From the NCBI GenBank assembly GCA_964019335.1, contig OZ025719.1, forward strand, positions 372,001 through 436,000: a DNA stretch of 64,000 bases, read 5' to 3'. The first letter of the stretch is position 1, and every line of letters starts with the position of its first letter. Under the pieces are notes generated by a model. That model was not told where the DNA came from and did no database searches. It saw only the letters and a list, made by a program, of their open reading frames with translations. Of this stretch, positions 58,001 through 64,000 are shown in pieces. Origin of the DNA: Diplonema japonicum. Lineage: Eukaryota; Protista; Euglenozoa: Diplonemea. The translations under genes and the position numbers were made by a program.

Positions 58001-59751
58001 CGCAGCCTGCAAAGCTCGCCATTATTAATAAGACAGACAACCATGGGATGGGGGTGAACAGGGCTGCTGTGGAACAGCTAGTCAGACAGGAGCTGGGTCT
58101 CATGGACTTCATCGAGGGCGTGTCAAAGGAAAGCAGGAGCTACTCTGATGATGAATTGTCCATACCAGTGTTCCCTGAAATTGTGCATGAAAAGCCACTA
58201 TCAGAAGTTGCGGAGCACGACATCGCAGAGAGTGTTACTCCTTGCCGTCTTGTGACTGAAAGCCAGAGCGACAACAATGATAACGACAACGTGTCTCTAG
58301 CCGAGCTTGACGAACGGCGTCAGTCGCACGGCATTGTCACTCACTTCCACCATGAAGACATGTCATCTCATGATTCTGAATCTGAATCTGAATATGAATC
58401 TGGATCTGTAACTCCCGGAACTCCTGTAACACCTGTGACACCCATGTCCCCTGTTGCTGCCACCCCTGTCAGTCCCGCTCTTCTTGTCTCCACTCCTAAG
58501 CCCGCGGCACGATCTCAAATAAATCTAGTCGCGAAACCCAAGCAGTCGAAAAGACAATATCCGCTGCCAGAAAGGAGTACAGCAAAAGGCGAGCCCGCGA
58601 GCGTTGGACGCGTGCAGGTACAAGTGCGGGAGAATATGAATGATGACGAGGTAGTGGTGCAGCTGGATGCCCCTGTTGAGCAGGACGCATCTGCGCCTGT
58701 TGTAGTAGTACCACCTTCTGAAAGTTCAGCAGAGTCATTCGACGAGCTATCACGCAGCATGCCGATGATTGTTGTAAACGCAAATGGCGAGGTGAGCATT
58801 GCAAGCAAGAAAAGCGTTCATGATAGCACAGCAAAGAAGCTCACCTCACAGCTGTTGAAAGCCTTTGCTGAAGAGCCTTTGACAGAATGCATGCGTGTGA
58901 GCACGCCTGTGGCCGTGTCGCGTGGGGAGCTGAGCGGGTGGAAATCGTCGACAGCGAGCTGCCTTTCAGGCGACGGAGTGACCTCTTCACAGCGACAAGT
59001 ACTAAACAAGATGCAGGCACGACCTTCGACACACGGGGGCAAGGTGCATGTGGCGAAGTATATAAACAAGAAACATGGTAGACCGGCAACTGTCAGCACA
59101 GCTCTATCTGCAACTCAGCATGGTGCCACGAGAACCCTTCCAAAAGAGAGCAAGTCACCTATGACCATGGCACGGCATGCAGTGGCAGTGATGAGTAAGG
59201 CCCGTGATCCAAAAGCTCCACCGGCAGAGAGGGCGCTGCAAGCACTGTTGCCGACGAGACATTCGGAGAGCAAGGAAAAGAAACGGCTGCTCCCTGCGAT
59301 AGATAAGGTTCTGCAAGAGTGGAACCCGCGACAGGTCGAAAAGTATTTGCACGACAGTGGGCTCCCAGAGGATGTGTGCCGCGCCTTCAGGCGGCATGGG
59401 GTTTCAGGGTTGTCCATCTGCAACGACAGCGAGTCATCACTCAGCTTCCTGAAAAACATACCTCTCACACAGCGGCAAGCAAAGCGCCTCGTGAATGTGG
59501 TGCGTACAATGGCTTCGTTTGATTCGAAGCTGTGCAACGCACCAGCCAAGCAGACCCTTCTTGATGAGAAGCTACCTGAATTGCGCTATTCTACAGGCCC
59601 CCTTTCCAGGGGGCGGCTTAAACCTTTAAAACCAACTCAGACCAAAAGGGCCTCGCTGCCGTCGTTCTCTTTTGGGATCATAGGCTCGGGGCCCTTATTA
59701 GAGGGACACAAGCTGCCCGGTGTAGGTCTCGCGAAGTATTCGTGTCATTAA
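55030..59751 (+). CDS. Large, mostly disordered protein with poly-Glu tract and C-terminal SAM-like domain
   Basis: 1573-aa intact ORF; EWNPRQVEKYLHDSGL...FRRHGVSGLSI fits a SAM domain; N-terminal globular block resembles one in 49600-52128. Confidence 0.75.
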   Translation: MQAKVQSRWKAVGGGPVRVNKLHVKRFHRKLSKACESGAIAMFIAEGVMRWVNRGRKAASMLKVLMLSENANELIAKRRRFTGKRSMLTDAMMASIATLRKRESVNTNHRVLNLIQSWWDKMEKVNDRVLFKGYNWMYTELYPVFAPELDEEQVASFIADDWEEDCGGCEDLTAVMFGASVLNFLDTVDSSHTVASYVTLLKKSIGTLFGYPEVVSALEAIEAEAEKQPEEEEEEEGPSTPPADFDFSVFETERAQRSRKISFAEIVAPPLPKVELEEQAPPEPLEEDEEEELAESNEFEESNEGCEPKFTVPKDIKKPSLVSAVQDKPVKRATMMVGSVDPRKNPTEKLKDPKERQGDGGIQNEPKRYIHIDPENEPRTDGPQNVPHHTTPHRAKKEEARKRGTTADSPVDAPSKTTSLRDVDTSGTGTAEDEDIARPPGATPETESLPLNGTTAETVIANMSKGKQKKPGGKPGWKRRAKNRDTEEVEQAKHNLADIQAEMNKMRVKFLGEDNSKRMLFGVLYVAAASVSCDAAQRVISRRPVIRRREVPSMSGMSHITPSEETYEGTADGTGIEENEEEEEEEEEEEEEEEEEDEEEEEEREEEESEPNVAPDLGRAVLARWKKKKKKRKNKRNAIAAFKKVAAFKPAEKSGAPKLANVLNKKYKNLKPMKIIRKQPDMKIPEPGPKPTTTAVKAGRVLAARKFKSLKNKVSPPAEVPRDEPMPSSPMDDKWGMLESDMQGKQYSKAAIDSLIPALLSSVTSKEANILKNQPATTPDTQWTDRSDGDYAALRTTLGSQEFEAEASVSPLLRSADDMQDFKLADLGTPTGLSVAVTDVKQEADTENTQKREVKDDGAVVIPPAAETDDVQDTRDDNTCDEDRSPDYNACDEDKLSGQDTDRSGREDKLWQSGYKIEDAVVRDEAAQQEAEEEKEEEKEWISNDKALERLVDPAPLKPSSPVFTAAVLPDDTDDETPILKDSRKATPVTSQPAKLAIINKTDNHGMGVNRAAVEQLVRQELGLMDFIEGVSKESRSYSDDELSIPVFPEIVHEKPLSEVAEHDIAESVTPCRLVTESQSDNNDNDNVSLAELDERRQSHGIVTHFHHEDMSSHDSESESEYESGSVTPGTPVTPVTPMSPVAATPVSPALLVSTPKPAARSQINLVAKPKQSKRQYPLPERSTAKGEPASVGRVQVQVRENMNDDEVVVQLDAPVEQDASAPVVVVPPSESSAESFDELSRSMPMIVVNANGEVSIASKKSVHDSTAKKLTSQLLKAFAEEPLTECMRVSTPVAVSRGELSGWKSSTASCLSGDGVTSSQRQVLNKMQARPSTHGGKVHVAKYINKKHGRPATVSTALSATQHGATRTLPKESKSPMTMARHAVAVMSKARDPKAPPAERALQALLPTRHSESKEKKRLLPAIDKVLQEWNPRQVEKYLHDSGLPEDVCRAFRRHGVSGLSICNDSESSLSFLKNIPLTQRQAKRLVNVVRTMASFDSKLCNAPAKQTLLDEKLPELRYSTGPLSRGRLKPLKPTQTKRASLPSFSFGIIGSGPLLEGHKLPGVGLAKYSCH

Positions 59752-59781
59752 CTTGGTGCAGCTACACAACACACAGGTTGG

Positions 59782-61065
59782 ATGACGGTACTAACGGAAA
59801 GATCTGTTTTTGCGGGCGAGTTGCGCACATGGTTGAAGAAAGCACTTGCAGAGCGGCTGCAAAAGCTGGACCGAGCTGAGGAGGAGCACATCTTCCAAAA
59901 GCCGGCGCAGGCAATGTTCGACATACCCGACTATAAGCTGAAGATACGCCACCCGATGGACCTCAGCAATATCACACTGCAGTCAAAGGAGTCCTACTCC
60001 ACTGTGGAAGCGGCGAAGGCGGACTTCGAGCTGATGATTCTGAACTGCAGGCTGTACTACGGGAAGGAGACTACGTACGACCAGTACGCAATGAACCTGC
60101 TGGCCGATGCATACAAAGTGTTCGACGAGCTAGAGGCTGACTTCGTCCGCGAGCAGGCACGCTACCCGGACCATGCCGATCTGCTGAACCGGATATGGCA
60201 ACGGAGGCTGCGGGAGCACCCCTTGACCAGCGGACTAAAGCCGGATGAGAAGGAAAAGTACTTCGCTATGGTAGGGAAGAAGGGCGTGATCAAGGCACCC
60301 TCGTCACCGTCGCCTACACCCACACCGCCTACCCCTACTGTGACATCGACCCCAGCGCCCTCTGCTTCGATCACCCCGCAGCCACCCCCGTCTCTGAACA
60401 GTCGCCAGCTGCGGCCCCCGTCGTTGCAGCCGCTGGACACATATGTCGAAACGCCGCATGTGAAGAAGAGAAAGGTTGAATTCAACATCCCCGACGCACC
60501 TCCAGGGTGCAGCGCACCCGTCCCCTTGACTGGGCCACCTGATGTCATGGGGTATGGTGCGCTGACACAGAAAATGCGCGAACAGCTCCGGGACGACAAG
60601 AAGTCCCTGCAAGAGCTGTGTTCGTCACCTTCAGATGAGCAGGTCAATGCAACCATGGACCTCAACAGGCAGACATGGCCGGTGGAGGCCATCATCATGG
60701 CATACCTAAGCAGGGTCGAGGCAAGGCAGCATCTGCGTGACGACGAAAAACAGAGCATCACGACTGTGATGCACGGACTTCTGCAGAACTTCAACACCTA
60801 CGCAACGGAGTCCCTGCTGTACCCTGTTGAGCGCCGTGTTGTGGAGAACTTCGTGCTCGCGTATGAACTTTCCGATGGACACCAGTGGGGCAGCTACTTA
60901 GGGGTAAGGTATCTTGTGAGGCTGCTGGCGGTCCTGCCCACCAGGCTGCAGGACACGGCTTCTCTACGGGACTCAAAGAGCATCCTTCGGATCGTGCAGG
61001 AGTTTGTGATGTATTTAGATGGGAATTGGGATCAGTTCAACGGGGCCCGTGAGCTTCAAGAGTGA
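59782..61065 (+). CDS. Bromodomain + MRG-domain chromatin protein
   Basis: Bromodomain IFQKP...IPDY...IRHPMDL..I...Y...ADFELMILNCRLYY; MRG LRDD...GLLQNFN....LLYPVER...YLGVRYLVRLLAVLP. Confidence 0.85.
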   Translation: MTVLTERSVFAGELRTWLKKALAERLQKLDRAEEEHIFQKPAQAMFDIPDYKLKIRHPMDLSNITLQSKESYSTVEAAKADFELMILNCRLYYGKETTYDQYAMNLLADAYKVFDELEADFVREQARYPDHADLLNRIWQRRLREHPLTSGLKPDEKEKYFAMVGKKGVIKAPSSPSPTPTPPTPTVTSTPAPSASITPQPPPSLNSRQLRPPSLQPLDTYVETPHVKKRKVEFNIPDAPPGCSAPVPLTGPPDVMGYGALTQKMREQLRDDKKSLQELCSSPSDEQVNATMDLNRQTWPVEAIIMAYLSRVEARQHLRDDEKQSITTVMHGLLQNFNTYATESLLYPVERRVVENFVLAYELSDGHQWGSYLGVRYLVRLLAVLPTRLQDTASLRDSKSILRIVQEFVMYLDGNWDQFNGARELQE

Positions 61066-61144
61066 AACGGAGTGGTGAATGGTGTCTTTTATTATTATAA
61101 TTATTTGTATTTCTAGTACCCGAGTAAGGCATACACAGGACAAT

Positions 61145-61354
61145 ATGGGCACCCCATGCAAGCCGCTGCATGATGATGAAATACTCCCTATCCCGACGCC
61201 GGACCTGCGTTGCCGAGACGAGAAAAGCATATGGTTGGAAGCTGCGCTGCTTACGTCCCCTGGCGGCGAAGCAATCAGAAGGCCCCATCCAGAGGACATG
61301 GTGCGCATGATGCTCACCTCTCCAGGTGCGGAAGAAGTGCACATTTCAGTGTGA
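61145..61354 (+). CDS. Small hypothetical protein (69 aa)
   Basis: GC-rich, exon-like ORF after a CATACACAG acceptor-like site; internal LTSPG repeated twice. Confidence 0.45.
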   Translation: MGTPCKPLHDDEILPIPTPDLRCRDEKSIWLEAALLTSPGGEAIRRPHPEDMVRMMLTSPGAEEVHISV

Positions 61355-62053
61355 CCTTTGTCCCACCTCCCGCCCCGACCTATCAGGTTAAGGGGCATAC
61401 CCTGTGTACTATTAAAGAGGAGCTGCCTTGGCCCCTTTTCTCCCCCTTTTTTTTTTTATGTGACAACACCTCCCCTTAAGCTAGTCAAAATGAGGGAACT
61501 GCGTCACTCAGAACAGAGGAAGGCAAGGGTGTGATTAATTAATAATACTAACGTTAAAAAAAAAAGCGAAAGAAAAAAAGAAAAGGAAAAAAAAAAAAGA
61601 AAAAAAAAAAAAGAAGCCAGAAAGTACCTAACCTCACAGGTTTTTAACCTTTTATTTCACTCTTCTGAGATTACTTCACGCTAAATCTCATTACTTCACG
61701 GTGAAATAATGGCCTGTTCCGCGTATGCCCTCGTCAGTAGGCCAGTTTTTTTGCCTCGGTTAACTTTTTTTCTCAGTTTGTCAATCCCCCCCAGCCAGCA
61801 GGTTCAGCTCAATTGGCCAGCTTTTTGCCTCAGTTCTCGGCTCAGTTCCAAGTTGGACTACTTTTTCCTCCCAATTTGCCCACTTTTGGCTAGGCCTTGT
61901 TCCCAGTTTCAGCTTTTCTATTTAGTCAGCTAATGCCAGCGACAGCGGCAGCTCTTAGTCAACAAAAGGAGGGAAAACAACTTTTGTATTGTAACCTTTG
62001 TCTTGTCGAAGTAATTTCAGAGTGTCTTGAAATAAAAACCACTTACCTACCGT

Positions 62054-62139
62054 CAAGTAATGACTTTTACCGTCCTCTCGGTTCCCGCAGGGGCCCTCGA
62101 TGGTAAAATGCGGAACCTCGAGGTAACGGTCATTACTTG
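62054..62139. repeat. Inverted repeat / small MITE-like hairpin
   Basis: caagtaatgac (62054-62064) pairs with gtcattacttg (62129-62139); inner ttttacc/ggtaaaa pair. Confidence 0.65.
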
Positions 62140-63161
62140 TTGGCAGTAAATAGCTATTATGTCTTCTGAAAGCTCTTTTAACATAACATGGTTTAAAAAA
62201 ATATAGGGAGCCTTTCACCCCCCCCCCCCCCCCCCCGTCCGCCAAACCCAATGGCGGGGATCACTCTTCTCTCTCGACATAACCTCTCCCCTACCTAGTT
62301 TCTCGCTCAGATGCTGTTCATCTCCTCGCGACACACAGTCACTAGACTGCCAAACACTGACGGAGCAAAAAAGAAAGAAAAAAAAAAGAACTCTCACCCA
62401 ATCCAACTTTAAGCCATCCTGCTTGGAAGGCTGTTGGTATGAAGTGTTCATGAGTTCGAGAAAAAAAAAAAAAAAAAGAAGCCTCTCCCTTACTACCGGG
62501 GAACGGAAGTCGGAACTCACAAGTATGCTAACCACCAGACTTTTCCTTTTTACTCGAGTTCATTACAAAGATGTTTATGCTTTTTTCTCATATCTCTAAG
62601 ACTGTCTGAAAGAAGGGGGGTTTTTTTTTTCCCTCTTAAAATCTTTTTTTTTTTTGTTACAAATATTTATCTTTCAAAAAGTGATTTTATAACTATATGC
62701 AACTTGTGCCGAGCAAAAAACTTTCGCAGCTTTTTAAAAAACCTTTTTTGCTCGTGCGAACAACAAAGACATATAGTCATAAAGAATTATTTTTCTTCTC
62801 CTGCCCGGGGTTTCATTCGGCTTTAGAGAATTGGGAAGGGATCTTTGTCTCGATTGTGTTCGAAAAGAAAAAGGGTTTTTTGTAAGAAATGGGGGGGGGG
62901 GTATGCGTTGCTTTACTTTTCTTTTTACATCTCCTATGTTTTTTTTTTTTTTAAAGAAAAGTTCAAAACAACAACAAAAAAATAGAAAAGATGGTCAAAC
63001 CAATGACACGAGGCAACACAAAGAAAATAAAGAAAAATAAAAAAAAAAGCTAGAAATAAAACAAAAAAGAATAATAAACTAGAAAATAAAAATAAATTTA
63101 AGTATGTTCGCAGTCACGGAGGTTTAATGTCAATTTTTTAATGACAATTTTTTTTCAAGGG

Positions 63162-63232
63162 CCCAGAAGGGAGAAAGGGATAGATAAGTAGAGACAAGGG
63201 GGGCCAAAACAAGAACCTCCTTTATCTCATCT
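63162..63232. repeat. Dispersed repeat family B, copy 2
   Basis: Matches 39380-39444. Confidence 0.85.
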
Positions 63233-63740
63233 TTTTTTTTTTTAAGCCATCTCCTTCGTCAGTTTTCTTCACTCACATGCTGCCCATTCTTTTTGCACAA
63301 AAATGCTTTAAAAATGTTGAAAAGTTCATTTCTGAGCAGGGAAAAGAAAGAGAAAAAAAAAGAGAAAGAAAGATATTTAACATGCTTTTTTTCAACAAGG
63401 GGCGAAAGGGTATTTTAAAAAATATAGGACACTTACTTACCCCCAAATGAGCCATAGTTTTAATTGCAAAGAATTCGGAAACTCAAGCAAGCTATATATT
63501 ATGACTCATTGGCTGGAACAAAAAAAAACCCAGCTATTTGTCTTTTTGGATTTTTAAACATACCCCGCGTTACATCTCTCGAAGTAGCTATTTTTTTCCC
63601 CCTCACAAATCAATAGTTTAAAAAAAAAAAAAAAGAAGAAAAAAAAACCCAACGGAAGTGGCACAAACAACAACCGACCGACTCCTTTTGAACCGACTCA
63701 TTTCTTTCCTTTTATTTGCAACTTAAGAAAAAAAGAAAAA

Positions 63741-63802
63741 AAACAATGAATTGTAAATGAATTGTTATTCGCTAAAAAAGTGTCGAGGCAGCTTTGTTCG
63801 GC
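63741..63802. repeat. Dispersed repeat family D, copy 2
   Basis: Matches 41040-41102. Confidence 0.85.
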
Positions 63803-64000
63803 TTTTTTTTTTTTTTTTTTTTTTACAAAAACAAGTCCTTGACTTGACTTACGGGTTACAAACTTCACAAGGTTTCTGCCCCTCCCGCATGGCATGTACA
63901 GGCAACAGCCAGTCAAATAATGGGAAAAAAAGGGGGGAGGGGGGCGTGTAGAAAGCTAATGTAAAAAAAAAAAAAGAAAAAGCCCCCCACCCTTCTTCGG

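Noticed and set aside
1-64000. tRNA, rRNA or telomeric arrays
   Set aside because: No cloverleaf, rRNA signature or tandem TTAGGG seen by eye; tRNAscan-SE and Infernal would be needed to exclude them formally.

Overview
Eukaryotic nuclear DNA, most likely euglenozoan and diplonemid-like (inferred from gene organisation, intron style and protein families; not confirmed). About 22 protein genes lie on the + strand, some only 30-90 nt apart, consistent with a polycistronic, trans-spliced unit. I traced 21 GT-AG introns by hand. Most are 32-83 nt, start with GTATG-like donors and have A/C-rich rather than pyrimidine-rich 3' ends. Several defining motifs appear only after splicing. The main find is a ~2,600-aa hybrid NRPS-PKS (17257-25190) with domain order TE-A-PCP-KS-AT-TE-KR-ACP; its terminal ACP is completed by two micro-exons missing from the ORF track. 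It resembles BurA-type enzymes, which extend the sulfonium acid DMSP to gonyol, so it is a candidate onium-acid/polyketide synthase in a protist. Other genes: USP32-like deubiquitinase, LETM1, DUS1, calcineurin-B-like EF-hand protein, UPF3, RPA12-like subunit, Sec16 with a long DPF/WW extension, MFS transporter, SCCPDH-like reductase, a bromodomain-MRG protein and a frameshifted PT-repeat surface-protein gene. Long introns and intergenic DNA hold non-LTR retrotransposon remnants, MITE-like inverted repeats and four short dispersed repeat families set among homopolymer runs. All coordinates and splice models were read manually; no database search was run.
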